64,000 nucleotides of DNA from Eledone cirrhosa (GCA_964016885.1 OZ024753.1:44330001-44394000); one strand, 5' to 3'; shown: positions 1 to 13,556, counted from the first letter of the stretch. Numbers and translations are program-made. Notes: generated by a model from the sequence alone, not told the origin.

Positions 1-511
1 CTGCACTTAATACCCAGCATATTTAGTTTTATTACTCTGTAACTGCAGTGACCAACTTGGAGTCCAGGGAAAAATAAATGTACCTGAACATAGCAACATC
101 CAAAATTTCAAATACATTGTTCAAAAAATTGTATACACTCACTCAGAGCTGGATTTAATGGAGGGAACAAAGGGGAAATTGTACTGGGCTCGCTGCAGTG
201 AGGTGGGGTGGGGGCTCACCAGCAATTTATTTGTGCCCTCAGCTGGGCTTTTTAGTTTTAGGATGGTTAGAGTTTTTGAATTTAACACCTGTATGTATAA
301 CTTTTCAATTCCTATTACTTGGGCCAAGAATGATCAAAGTATAGGAAATGGTACATTTCTTTAAAGATTCCCACCGTTGATGGGTTTATTATAGATGAGT
401 GTTTTACAGCATTTAGTTATGTCCCTATACATTCCAAGTTCAAATCCTACCGAGGTTACTTTTGATATGTAAAATTAAAGGCTTTTCTGTGTATTCTAAT
501 TTTTTTTGTAT

Positions 512-844
512 ATACAATAGTATATATAGAGTAATGTAAATGTTATGTAAGATAATTATGTGAGGTAAAGCCTTTACTGTGACAATACAATGGTATATAT
601 AGAGTAATGTAAATGTTATGTAAGATAATTATGTGAGGTAAAGCCTTTACTGTGACAATACAATGGTATATATAGAGTAATGTAAATGCTATGTGAGATA
701 TTATGTAAGGTAAAGCCTTTACCATGAAAATACAATAGTGTATATAGAGTAATGTAAATGCTATATGAGGTATTATGTGAGGTAAAGCCTTTACTGTGAA
801 AATACAATAGTAAATATAGAGTAATGTAAATGCTAATGGGTTAA
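512..844 (-). mobile_element. piggyBac-type MITE (partial) with 72-73 bp internal tandem array
   Basis: Ends in TAAATGCTAATGGG-TTAA, which is the family TIR plus TTAA. About 4.5 tandem units of 72-73 bp match the family terminus. The other end is missing. Confidence 0.8.
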
Positions 845-1719
845 GAAAAGTGACCATGAATATTGTCAGTCAAATACCAACTGAAATATGTTTACAATGT
901 TTGCTATTCTGCTGTAAATGGAAATAAGAATTAAAATAAATAAGTTTTTAAAAATCTACAGTTTACCCATTCAATAGTGTATCAAATACCCAATGAAATT
1001 GACTCAGATTCCTATTAAATTGACTATATGGCCATGGACGTTACATATTTCACTTTATTCTCTAGCTAGTTATAAATTAGTACTTTATACTGGCATATTT
1101 CACTGTTAGCATCAACAGCATACAGTGTAATTGAGAAGTGTTTAACACTAGCCTGCAGTGTTAAATTTATTTTCTTCTACAAACATGAATATTGCCTTAA
1201 GCTAACTTGTTTTAGGTACACGAAGAAGTCTTCAAATGGTGCTCTGTAAGCAATGCTCAGATTATTAAATTAATGCAAAACATGTTGACAATCATGATGA
1301 TGATGATGAGGATCTTATGATGTTATGATATTGATATTTATCCAAAGAATAAAAATATAAGTCTCTAAATTTATAAGTGCATACGAACTTGAAAATATTA
1401 AGCAACATTTATGTATATAACATACTGCTACTAATATATAAATCACTGTTTTAAACATGAGGTGTAGGTTAGTGGTTAAGGTGTTGGGCTTATGATCATA
1501 ATGTCATAGCGTCAAATCATTCATTGTGTGGAGCGTTATGTTCTTGAGAAAAAAATACTTCACTTCACATTGCTCTACTCTGTCAAGCTCAAGATTTATA
1601 CCAGCAGAAGCTGGCAGCTAGTTCTCTGCTAAACTGACATCTTGTAATCTCTGTTGCTTAACACCAATGAAACCAGGATAACCTACAGGCATGGGAAAGA
1701 CTTTAACATCTTTTAACGT

Positions 1720-2283
1720 TTAACCCTTTAGCATTTACATTACTCTATATATACTATTGTATTTTCATGGTAAAGGCTTTACCTCACATAATATCTCACA
1801 CAACATTTACATTACTCTATATATACTATTGTATTTTCATAGTAAAGGCTTTACCTCACATAATATCTCACACAACATTTACATTACTCTATATATACTA
1901 TTGTATTTTCATGGTAAAGGCTTTACCTCACATAATATCTCACACAACATTTACATTACTCTATATATACTATTGTATTTTCATAGTAAAGGCTTTACCT
2001 CACATAATATCTCACATAACATTTACATTACTCTATATATACTATTGTATTTTTATGGTAAAGGCTTTACCTCACATAACATTTACATTACTCTATATAT
2101 ACTATTGTATTTTCACAGTAAATGCTTTACCTCACATAATATCAAATCTATGAGATTTTGATATTATTTATTTTGCAAACAATACCTTAACAGCAGTATG
2201 AGAGGCCAGTTACGACTGGTTTGAACAGAAAGAGGTGAGAGAATTCTGGCCAGATATGGCCAATTTAAATGCTAAAGGGGTAA
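1720..2283 (+). mobile_element. piggyBac-type MITE with six 72-bp internal units
   Basis: TTAA-CCCTTTAGCATTTA ... TAAATGCTAAAGGG-GTAA TIRs. Units start at 1732, 1804, 1876, 1948, 2020 and 2080. Confidence 0.88.
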
Positions 2284-3194
2284 ACAAGAATGATGAAATT
2301 ATCATATATGAGTTAAATCTAGGATGGGTTGGCATCTTCTAATCTACGTTACTTAACACCAGTGAAAGAAGGACAAGCTACAGGCTTGGAAAACAAGAAT
2401 GATCAAGTATAGGAAATGCTACATTTGTTTAAAGATTCCCACGGTTCATGGGTTTATCATAAATGTGTGATTTGCAGCATATATTAACATACCTATACAT
2501 TCCATGTTCAAATCCTGCCAAGGCTACCTTGGCCTTTCATCATTATGAGGGCAATAAGATCCTTATGAGGTCTCCCAAATTCTAGTCACAGAATATTAAT
2601 TGCCCTAAGGTTTAGTAGAAGATAAATGCCAAGTTTGCCATAGTATGGCCTCAAACCTAAAGTGCAGGTGTAAAGCAAACTGTTTAACCACAGAGCCATG
2701 TCTGTCTGTGGCTATTAAAGAGATTCTGATGATGATGCTGATGGTGATGATGGTGGTGATGATGATGATAATATTGAGCAAATTAAGACAGCTTATAAGA
2801 TAAACGGTGATAGTTTGTTTAGTGGTGATGACCGTGCTGCTGCTGCTGATGATGATGGTGATAAAGACAATGATGCTGGTGATGGTGATGGTAAAGATGA
2901 TGATGATGATGATGGTGGAGATGATGATGATGAATTATGATGATCATGATCACTACGGTGGAGATGATGATGAATTATGATGATCACGATCGCTACGGTG
3001 GAGATAATGATGATGACGATTGTGGAGATGATGGTGATGATGATGATGAAGAAGAGGCTATAAAATACAGACAGAAGCAAATTTTGTTCTCATTTTTCGT
3101 CTTTCTTTGCCACTTCACTTTCTTTTCTTTTTTTAATTTTTTTTCTTTATCTCTTTCCTTTTTCTATAAAAATATATATAAATATATATATATT

Positions 3195-3226
<32 letters not shown>

Positions 3227-3269
3227 AATATATATATAAATATATATATATAAATATATATATAAATAT

Positions 3270-3349
<80 letters not shown>

Positions 3350-3400
3350 TAAATATATATATATAAATATATATATATATAAATATATATATATATAAAT

Positions 3401-3461
<61 letters not shown>

Positions 3462-3971
3462 TGTTTGTGTATGTTTTTTTTTATTTAATAGTTGAGTGCA
3501 TTTTAGTTTAAGTTTCAAAAGGTTTCAAATGAGCAAATCTCTTTCTTCAATACAATGGTGTGTTTACTTTATATACATATTAGGAAGAAATCACTGTAAT
3601 GGCTTTCTGGTAACATTCTGACATGTACATATATTTATTCTATCAGCAAAATTAACAGTCACTTGAAAGCTATTCTCTATAGGAGAAAACACTAACAACA
3701 ACTACAACAGCAACATTGGAGCAAATGAATCAACATATATATATGTGTGTGTATATATATGTGTGTATGTATGTGTGTATGTATGTATATGTATGTATAT
3801 ATATGTGTGTGTATGTATGTGTATGCATATATATATGTGTGTGTATGTATATATGTGTATGTATATATGTGTATGTATGTATATGTGTATATATATGTGT
3901 GTGTGTGTGTATGTATGTGTGTGTGTTTGTGTATATATATATATATGTATATGTGTGTGTATGTATATGTG

Positions 3972-4028
<57 letters not shown>

Positions 4029-4130
4029 GTAAAAGTGAAATAATGAAATAAAAAAAAAAAGTATGGAAAGTAAAATTTTGAGAAAGAAAAAAAATTTGTC
4101 GAAACCAAAAAATTGTGAAAAAGAAGACAG

Positions 4131-4168
<38 letters not shown>

Positions 4169-5034
4169 TTATGACCATCACCACTACTACTACTACTGCT
4201 GCGACAACGACAGTGACAACAACAACAGCAGCAGCAGCGTCAACTGTAAAGAGGAAAATATAGTGAATCGTTATTAGAAAAATCATTGATATGTGCAAAG
4301 TTAAGTTGTTGAATTTCTTGTCCACGCTTCAGGACACACCAGCACTAGTGTGTTTAGTATTACACTGTATGTAAATAATATAATAATACTAATACTAATA
4401 ATAGTAGTAGTAGTAGTGATAACGATAATGATGATGATGATGATGATGATAAGACAAGAACAACAACTGGAAAGATATGGAGAGTAAAGCAGAGTTTAAG
4501 AGACGAGACTTTGTGGAGAAGAGAGAAGCAGTAGTTGGAAAACAACAATAATAATAACAACAATAACAACAACAACAACAATAACAATAATAACAACAAT
4601 AACAGCAAAAACAACAACAACGGCAACAACAAAAATAACAATAATAATAACAACAACAATAATAATAATGATAATAACAACAATAATAATAATGATAATA
4701 ATAATAATGTTTGTGAAGAAAACAAAAGCTTATTTTTACTTTCTTTACTGTCTCATCTATCATGACTGACATTCTGCTTATGGTCTGTTGACTACCTATA
4801 TGATGTAAAGGGATAATAGTAATAATAATAATAATAATAGTAATAATAATAATAATATAATGATAAAATGATAATAAGAAGAGGCAAATTTAAAACAAAC
4901 AACAAAGACTTCTTTCTCCCAAAGTGTCTTAAATTTCTATAGAAATTTATTGAATCTTTATCTAACTATCTACCTATTTATATATCTGTCTATCTACCTA
5001 TCTACATATCTATCTATTTCTCTCTCTCTATCTC

Positions 5035-5083
<49 letters not shown>

Positions 5084-5087
5084 ATAT

Positions 5088-5220
5088 ATGTAGGCAGCTA
5101 ACTCTTACATGAGTATAGCCATCACTTGAATTTTCCAACATGCCTCTGTGTAACATGGATGTGACTTTTAGGCCAGCAAGAGTCCTACATTTTCTGGCAC
5201 GGATGTTACAGACATGGACA
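5088..5220 (-). mobile_element. 3' end of a related RTE subfamily (degenerate C2H2 finger + terminal stem-loop)
   Basis: The minus strand reads HVCNIRARKCRTLAGLK plus AGTCAC, then TGGCTATACTC-N6-GAGTTAGCTGCC. This parallels TGGCCGTACTC-N6-GAGTTGGCAGCC in the bipartite element. Confidence 0.6.
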
Positions 5221-5974
5221 TATATATCATCATCATCATCGTTTAATGTCCATTTTCCATGCAAGCATGGGTAGGACTTGCTGTCCTATTGTTAGAGATC
5301 CAGTCTGGAAAAATTTTGTTCACAAAGAACTGATTTTGGCTTGGTTTCTACAACTGGATGCTCTTCCTAACAATGCAAAGTGTTTGACAGAGTAGACCAT
5401 TGTGACATGCACCTTTGATGAGTTGTAGTGCACCTGAGTACTGTACACAATTTTCATTATTATTATCATACCTGCGGGCTGTGTTAAGAGTCACTAGTTT
5501 TAGCCCTATTTTCAAAAGATGAATTGCTATGTTTCAAATATTTTAAAAAGATAAGACCATAAATTTCCTTCTGCAAGACATATCAGTGGACTGTCCACAG
5601 GATGGAAGAGCTAAAGTTAACAAAACAAGTCTGCATGGGAAAAAAAAGCATAAAATAAATCACCCAGTCCACCACCACCACTTCTGCCGCAATTAGAAAA
5701 TTCAACACCGCCATCACCATCACAAGAACCACAAAATAAAATGAACACAACAAAAAAAAAAACAACTACAACACTACCACAACTACTATAGTCAGCACTA
5801 ACTCTATCACCAAGACTACTGCCACTGCCATTATAAAATTTTAGTCAAAAATAACTATATATTTTATCATATAAATATACACATATATATACATATACGT
5901 GTATAGAAATATATATATATATATATATAAAAACATATATATATATAAACACATATATATACATATACGTGTAT

Positions 5975-6025
<51 letters not shown>

Positions 6026-6315
6026 CATATATATATATATAAACACATATATACAGATGCATACATATGTATATAAATATAGATGAATACATACATGTAT
6101 ACATTTTATTTTTCATGTTTCAAATAGCATTTCTGTAACAATAGCATTAGTGACTGCAAGTTCCAAACAAGTCAATCAATGCTTCACTGCATTTCTGATG
6201 GCTGACATGACAGCGCTGCATCAATGCAACTCATGTAGAACAAATAACACAATGTATTTCGGTTTAAAAGCACCAGTTTATCAATTTCCTCACCGATGTT
6301 TACACTTTTTAACAT

Positions 6316-6359
<44 letters not shown>

Positions 6360-6365
6360 TACTAG

Positions 6366-6402
<37 letters not shown>

Positions 6403-6681
6403 TAGTACAGCGTTCCTTTGTCAGTGTTGAACAAACGAGCAACGGTGGTTGCTAGACACTACGGCTTAATACGGGATGTTTGTTTACAAACACACCGAGC
6501 ATTATAATAAATGTTCGGTGAATCCATACGTGCATATATATATATGTGTGCATGTATGTATATATATATATACATACTACTGTACGTCGGTATACATATA
6601 TGTATGTACGTGTACATACTTATATTTAAGTAACAGCCGTACTAAGAGTGGGAAATGAAATGTCGTTTCATTTTTTCCGTT

Positions 6682-6718
<37 letters not shown>

Positions 6719-6829
6719 GTGTATATATGTATGTATATATGTATGTATATATGTATGTATATATGTATGTATATATGTATATATGTATGTATGTATATAT
6801 ATATGTATGTATGTATATATATATGTATG

Positions 6830-6871
<42 letters not shown>

Positions 6872-6947
6872 AGTATATATATGTATGTATGTATGTATAT
6901 ATATATATGTATGTATATATATATGTATGTGTATATATGTGTATTAT

Positions 6948-7555
6948 GTCAGGTCACCAGTTGGTGCTACTGGTAACATGTATCCCAGTACAACCTGTCT
7001 CATGGTCGGGTCGTTGGAGACTAAACTGGCCACCCCACCAAGGTTTCTTGATGAGGAGGGTGACTTTGGACATCCTGCAGGACTAAAAACAAAACCTGTC
7101 AAAGGGCAAAGGAGCTCTTAAGAGTCAATGGCCATCCAAAATCACCGGGAGAGATGACCCCTTAGCCTTTGTCAAGGCAGAATTCTAGGAAAAGGAAAAC
7201 TCTGCTTTAACACCTACAACCCTGATGGTATCCAATGATGTTGACTTGTTCTTCTTTTTGGTAAATATCATCTTGGTTAAGAGAATGGGACTGGCTTTGT
7301 GCAGTGCCTTTGCTCACTATAAAAGCTTCACGGCACAGGCATTGCTTTATATCTGGAGATCTCTCTGCACTTGTCGTCACATGGTACCAAAGGCAAAGCA
7401 CGATGTGTCGATAATTGTCACAAGTGTAGTGTTTGTACCAGAGTTTTCATGTCGCTGGCTGGACTAAAAAGTCACACTCGTTCAGCGCATCGGTAGGGGT
7501 TCTCCTACATGGCTATAAAGTCGTGGCCGTACTCGAAAACAAGTTGGCAGCCACC
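6948..7555 (+). mobile_element. bipartite non-autonomous RTE-derived retroelement (5' leader + C2H2-finger 3' end), copy 1
   Basis: Near-identical to 36646-37251. Has the RTE-leader-like motif CTAGGAAAAGGAAAACTCTG. The 3' part encodes [25 protein letters not shown]. Sits in (TA)n. Confidence 0.8.
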
Positions 7556-7599
<44 letters not shown>

Positions 7600-7626
7600 A
7601 TATATATATGTATGTATATATATATG

Positions 7627-7662
<36 letters not shown>

Positions 7663-7674
7663 CATGTATATGTT

Positions 7675-7743
<69 letters not shown>

Positions 7744-7884
7744 GTATAGGAAATGAGTCAGGACCCCAATGGTTGAGTTCCGCCCGTTTTGACAGCTTGA
7801 TCTGATTACCACTCTACTACCCTAAGTATCCAGTACTCTGGTGTATTATGGTCTACCTGGTTCCTTACCACACTTTCTTTGTTA
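7744..7884 (+). mobile_element. fold-back + tail element, copy C (one arm deleted)
   Basis: ATAGGAAATGAGTCAGGACCCC ... CCACTCTACTACCCTAAGTATCCAGTACTCTGGTG; a smaller relic lies at ~63777-63830. Confidence 0.65.
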
Positions 7885-7939
7885 TATTTGTGTATATATA
7901 TATATATTTATATTTACATACATGCATATATATATATAT

Positions 7940-8056
7940 GTACTTTATTTTATCGACCCCATAAGGATGAAAGGCAAAGTTAACCTTGGTGGGATTTGAA
8001 CTCAGAACGTAAAGGGATGTAGCTATGCTCTACCAATAGTTGCCATTTCACTGCCG
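7940..8056 (-). mobile_element. tRNA-derived SINE (Meta-like domain), partial
   Basis: Reverse complement of GTTCAAATCC...CCTTTCATCCTTATGGGGTCGATAAAATAAAGTAC. Confidence 0.8.
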
Positions 8057-9949
8057 TTATTTAAAGTAAAACTAAAAAGAAAAAGTACATCTGGAATGAA
8101 GTATCTTTAACCACGAATTGAAACTGAGATGCTGTTTACTCATACTATTTTGGTTGTTCCATTCACTGATAGATCTTCTTCAACTTGAGGCTGATTAATG
8201 GCATTTTATTGAAATTATCACATTCGAAAGTTATGGAAAGATTTCTTATATTTCTTAGGGAACCCTGCCATTTTAGGTTTGGAATTAAAACTAGCAAAAA
8301 AGATGTTTTAACACACTTAGCCAGGCAGAGTATTACTTGAAAGAAATAATGAATAGCCTACTTAGAGCTGTTGAATATTTGCTAAACTGCTGTAGGAAAC
8401 ATTCACTATCAAAAATGATTATTTTTTTCTTTACATAAATAAAAAGAAAAAAAAATGAAACAAAATTCAGCACAGATTTTCAGCATGTGTATGGAGGATA
8501 AATTTGTTATGGGTTAGATTTTTCTGCAAGTCTGCATTAAGTAACAACTTTGGTCAAAAGGAAGCAACTAAGTACTCCAGCAGAAAGTGGTCTTTTATTA
8601 AGAACTACCAACATTTTCTGGTTGGAAAACTGTAAGGTAGAGTGTATGAGTTCAGCAATGGAGAAATGCTTTCATAACTTATATAACCCGAAGCTGGAAA
8701 AATAAATAAAATGTAAAAAGCTGCTTGACAAAATGAATATATAAATACAGATTTCAGTTCAATAGAAATAAATCAGAATAAAAAAGGAATGAAAATGGAA
8801 AGCATGTTAAGTCTTGAATCAAGAAAATACAGCGAAATACTAACTTGTGAAAGAAAATGAATATTTTATGAGATAAATTGTAAGAATTTGATGGATGATG
8901 TTTGTCTTGAACATGTTTTGTGAAACCATTCAAATGCCAGTCTGACTCATATTTGTGTTCTACTAGTTTTATATTCTCTATCTTACCCTTGGCAAGAGGT
9001 TATTCCATAATTGTTGAAGAGATCTCACAGGTTAAGGTGTGTTTTTGTTCTATGTTGTTGTTGTTGTTTTTCCTTTCTATTCTCTTATTTCATTCTCTGC
9101 TTTATTATTTTTCTTCAAATCTATACTTCTTAAGAGACAGCAGTAGTAATTTCCATCTTTTCAAGGTATACAACAGTATTTCTAGCAAGTTTTAAACCTC
9201 AAACTCACAAAATCTAACTCTGCAGCATCAATCATAAGTCAAAGGTTATTTACCAAAGGAAAATCAGTTGGCATTTAATGCTGGTCAGTTAGATACAAAG
9301 CAGTTTTTGGCAAAGAATAACAGTCTTTAATGAGAAAATATAGCAAGGCAAATGTATTGTGAAACATAAAAATGCCTGTATGCAGCAAAGCAGATTACAC
9401 TGCAACTCATAATCTTTCTAGTTGGAAAATATACTCAAAGATAGGTGAGAAGTTGACATTAGAATAGGCATACATGAGGAAAGACTATAGAAACTGTCAA
9501 TGTAATAATGGCAGGAAACTATATTTACTCAACATTTAATTTCATTCTGGAAATGAAGAAATAAATATTATTCCAGCTTATAAAAGACACCAACATGCAA
9601 AGTAAATTCCATTAGAATTTCTAACTTTTCTAGATGGAATATAATAATAGTGGAACAAACTTTATTGGTAAGTTGTCATTTGAAAAGACACCAAATTATG
9701 GGAGGTGTGGGGTAGAAAACAAAACAAAACCTACTGAAGCTACCACAGTTCATCTCTAAAAACTGGGTTGACTAAAGTTAAAGTTACCTTCAGTTATAGA
9801 CAAATAAATTGGAATAGATTAAAAACATCTGTTTATACACACATGCACAAACACTGACACACATTCATGAACACATACACACATATATAAATGTATATAT
9901 GTAAAGTCTGCAGTTCTGAGACTGAGGAGACCACAAATACGTGTGTGTA

Positions 9950-9991
<42 letters not shown>

Positions 9992-9992
<1 letters not shown>

Positions 9993-10310
9993 GCATGGCT
10001 TAGTGGTTGGAGCATTGGGCTTGAGAGGTTGAGTTCAATTCTCGAACCCGGTGATGCATTGTGTCCTTGAGCAAGACACTTTATTCCACGTTGCTCCAGT
10101 TTACTCACCTGTAGAAATGAGTAATGAGTGCCAAGCTGTATCGGTCAGTGCCTTTCCCTTGGACAACATCAGAGGCGTGGAGAGAGGAGACTGGTATGCA
10201 TGGGTGACTGCTGGTCTTCCACAAAATAAATTTTCCCAGGTTTGTACCTCAGAGGGAACCTTTCTAGGTACAAAACCATGGTCATTCGTGACTGAGTGGG
10301 GCCAAAGCAA
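9992..10310 (+). mobile_element. tRNA-derived SINE with CORE-like domain
   Basis: A-box TGGCTTAGTGG, B-box GTTCAATTC, then CORE-like TGTGTCCTTGAGCAAGACACTT...CTGTAGAAATG. A degenerate relative lies at ~1460-1580. Confidence 0.75.
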
Positions 10311-10320
10311 TATATATATA

Positions 10321-10530
10321 AAAAGTGCCAAGAAATCTCAGTGGAGGGTAGCCACAGTAGAGGAAGACCAAAGAAAAACGTGGGTGGAGGTGGTGAGAGT
10401 TGATCTCAAATCACTGAATCTCATGGGGGAGATGACAAAGAAATGCAGCAAGTGGAGAGATGCTGTACTGAAAAGAACCCATCCAACTCATGCAAGTGAG
10501 ATACAGTGGACATAAATTGATGATGATGAT
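10321..10530 (+). mobile_element. degenerate RTE LINE 3' end (short-UTR type)
   Basis: RKTWVEVVRVDLKSLNLMGEMTKKCSKWRDAVLKRT followed by (TGA)n; homologous to 51130-51320. Confidence 0.8.
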
Positions 10531-10544
10531 AATATGTTTTCATA

Positions 10545-10899
10545 TACAAACTACACCCCGTCCCGCCACCACCCCCACCCCATCCACACCACCCCGTTCT
10601 ATGTAAAGTTATGTTGGTGCCGCGCCATCCAGGCCGAAACAAATGAGATCGTGTAGGTGTCACGACAAAAAAACACACAGTCCACGCTGTAATGTGGCCA
10701 TGTAGGCAACACGGTAAAAACCTCCCAGACCCACACTGTAAATGTGGTTGGTGTTAGGAAGGGCATCCAACTGTAGAAAACCTGCCAGACAGTCCTATGC
10801 GAGCAAGACAATCACTCTTGCCTCAAGTGGGACTACCCCCGTCCAAACCCATGCAAGCGTGGAACACGGACGTTAAACGTTGATGATGATGATGATGAT
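10545..10899 (+). mobile_element. RTE long-3'UTR fragment
   Basis: C-rich stretch, then GTAAAGTTATGTTGG ... GGAAGGGCATCCAACTGTAGAAA ... CCCATGCAAGCGTGGAACACGGACGTTAAACG and a (TGA)n tail. Matches the reverse complement of 37267-37600. Confidence 0.78.
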
Positions 10900-11167
10900 A
10901 CAAACAAATAATCTGATAGATAAATAGATAGATAGATAAATAGATAGATAGATAAATAGATCGATAGATAGATAGGTACATAGATAGATCAATAGAAAGA
11001 TACATACGTGTGTTTGTTTGTGCTTTAGCAAAGTTTAAAGAAAGTCTGACACCTACCATCAAAATGTCAAGACACAGAATGATCGATGTTGTGTATTTGT
11101 TTTGTTTTTATGTTATTGTTTCATCTTATCTATTTCACACCCGTGTCTAGCCTTGCAATGTTGGACA

Positions 11168-11222
<55 letters not shown>

Positions 11223-11362
11223 GTACAGATTTGGCTATTTGGTTTTGTGTATTCTGTGTTTAAATCTAGCATCCTTCTGCCGAGAGTTGTAACTAGCATA
11301 CAGCACCAACAATGGAAATATTGTTTCCTTGGTTTGATCCGACAATCAACTCCTTTCCTTCT

Positions 11363-11869
11363 TTAACTCTTTAGCATTTACATTCCTCTATATATACTAT
11401 TGTATTTTCACAGTAAAGGCTTTACCTCACATAATATCTCACATAGCATTTACATTACTCTATATATACTATTGTATTTTCACAGTAAAGGCTTTACCTC
11501 ACATAATATCTCACATACCATTTATATTACTCTATATATACTATTGTATTTTCACAGTAAAGGCTTTACCTCACATAATATCTCACATACCATTTATATT
11601 ACTCTATATATACTATTGTATTTTCACAGTAAAGGCTTTACCTCACATAATATCTCACATACCATTTACATTACTCTATATATACTATTGTATTTTTGTT
11701 GTAAAAGCTTTTCTTCACATAATTATCTCACATCTATGAGATTTTGATGTTATTTATTTTGAGGACAATACCTAAACATCAGTATGAACAGCCAGTTACA
11801 GCCGGTTTGAACAGAAAGAGGTGAGACATTCATGGCCGGATATGGCCGGTTTAAATGCTAAAGGGTTAA
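11363..11869 (+). mobile_element. piggyBac-type MITE with five 72-bp internal units
   Basis: TTAA-CTCTTTAGCATTTA ... TAAATGCTAAAGGG-TTAA. Units start at 11375, 11447, 11519, 11591 and 11663. Confidence 0.88.
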
Positions 11870-13556
11870 AGCAATAACAGTGGAAAATCTTCATACATAG
11901 GCAAGGAAAGCTCAATAATGTTTATATTTGTAATATAAATATATGTATTCTGGACAATATACATAGCAATAAGAATACAAGGAAAATAAGAAAAAAGAGT
12001 AGGAAAAAAAGAAATTAAGCAATGAATGAATGGGAAAGGGGGAGGGAGTGACAAAATCTACATTCCAGTCTGAGCAGTGTTTCAGATGCATCCTACAGAT
12101 AAAATGGCAAAGGTATTACCACAGAGATTGGCTCAATTCTATGTCTGTTTATTCCTTCAGATATCTTGGTTTCTTTTTTGCTTGGATGTTGTTAAAATTA
12201 GATTTTCATCAACTTAGTTAAAATTGGTGAAAATTGACAAAATATTAAGGTATCACATATTTCTCACCTTACAGACATGGGTAGTATTTTTCTTGTTGTG
12301 AATTAAGAATATATTGAAAATATTATTATTGAAAATAACTTGTACAAGAAATACATTTATTTTAACATCTATCTTACCCAATGAGAGCTAAGATATGATG
12401 CATTCTAATTTCATTTTTTTTATGTGATATTTTAATAAGATCTATTCTATTTTTCAAAAATTACAGATACAAAGATTTTCCGAGAAGCTTGGATAAAACT
12501 TAAGATTTCCACTTCATTTTTATCAATTTTTTTTCTTTTTGTTGAATACCATTCCACTAAGATTCTTACGAATGCAAATATATTTCATACATTAGCATTT
12601 GCAAGATACAGACCTCTAACAGAGATTCCCTTAAACATAGCAAATGAACACAAGACTTATTTGAAACAACAAAATCCTCAACACAATCTTTGGCAAAACA
12701 GACTTCTAAATATAAACAGAGATTTCATTTAAGCGTGAACTTCTTTAAAAGAGATTTTCTTCTAAATATAGTCTTCTTTGAAATATAAAATTCTTTAAAA
12801 ATCTAATTCCTAAATATATATTACAATATATCTTGAATTCTATTGATCAAAACGGACTTCAAAAATTTTATATTTCCTGCTAACTTTAGATTTAACCGTT
12901 GAGTACATATAGTTCTATTAAATGCATACATACATGTATATATTTAAGTGTGTATATAGGTGTGTATGTAATGTGTATATGAATAAAGAAAATATGAAAC
13001 ATGAACAGATATAAATCTCTATTATATCCACAAATATAACAGGCTAAAAAAATATATATATATATTATATATACACAGTCATGTGTTAGATGTGATTATG
13101 AATAAACTATGTTAAACTTAAACTTTGATCTCTCATTCTTGATATGTATGTATCTATCTATCTATACATGTATATACATATATATATATCTGTATATATA
13201 TATATATAACAAAAAATATCGTTGGCTGTGAAAAAGGAAGGAAGAAAAGAGTGCTCAATGTAGTGTGAGAGTTGATATATTATTTATTCATGTTCAAACA
13301 AAGAACAAATAAGTTCTACCTTAAGTCTCAAGGTCCTGTTATGGTTCTCTCCCCAGATTGTGCAATGTCATAACCTAGTTATCAGGCATTGATCTAAGTA
13401 AAGTAGACAAGGAGATCTAGTACTAGAAACAGGGTTATATAGAGGACAGGACAATAATCAGAACTTAAATAAGAGATTTATGGAGGGGCTAGTGGTTTTG
13501 AAGTGGTTATGAAACATTTAAGAAGCCAGAAATACCCCTACTCCTCTCTGACTGAT

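Noticed and set aside
1757-2161. 24-aa repeat protein YFHGKGFTSHNISHNIYITLYILL
   Set aside because: In-frame by-product of a 72-bp unit inside a TIR-bounded MITE; the 73-bp variant elsewhere breaks the frame.
9992-10055. tRNA gene
   Set aside because: A and B boxes are present but there is no cloverleaf, and it continues into a CORE-like SINE body.
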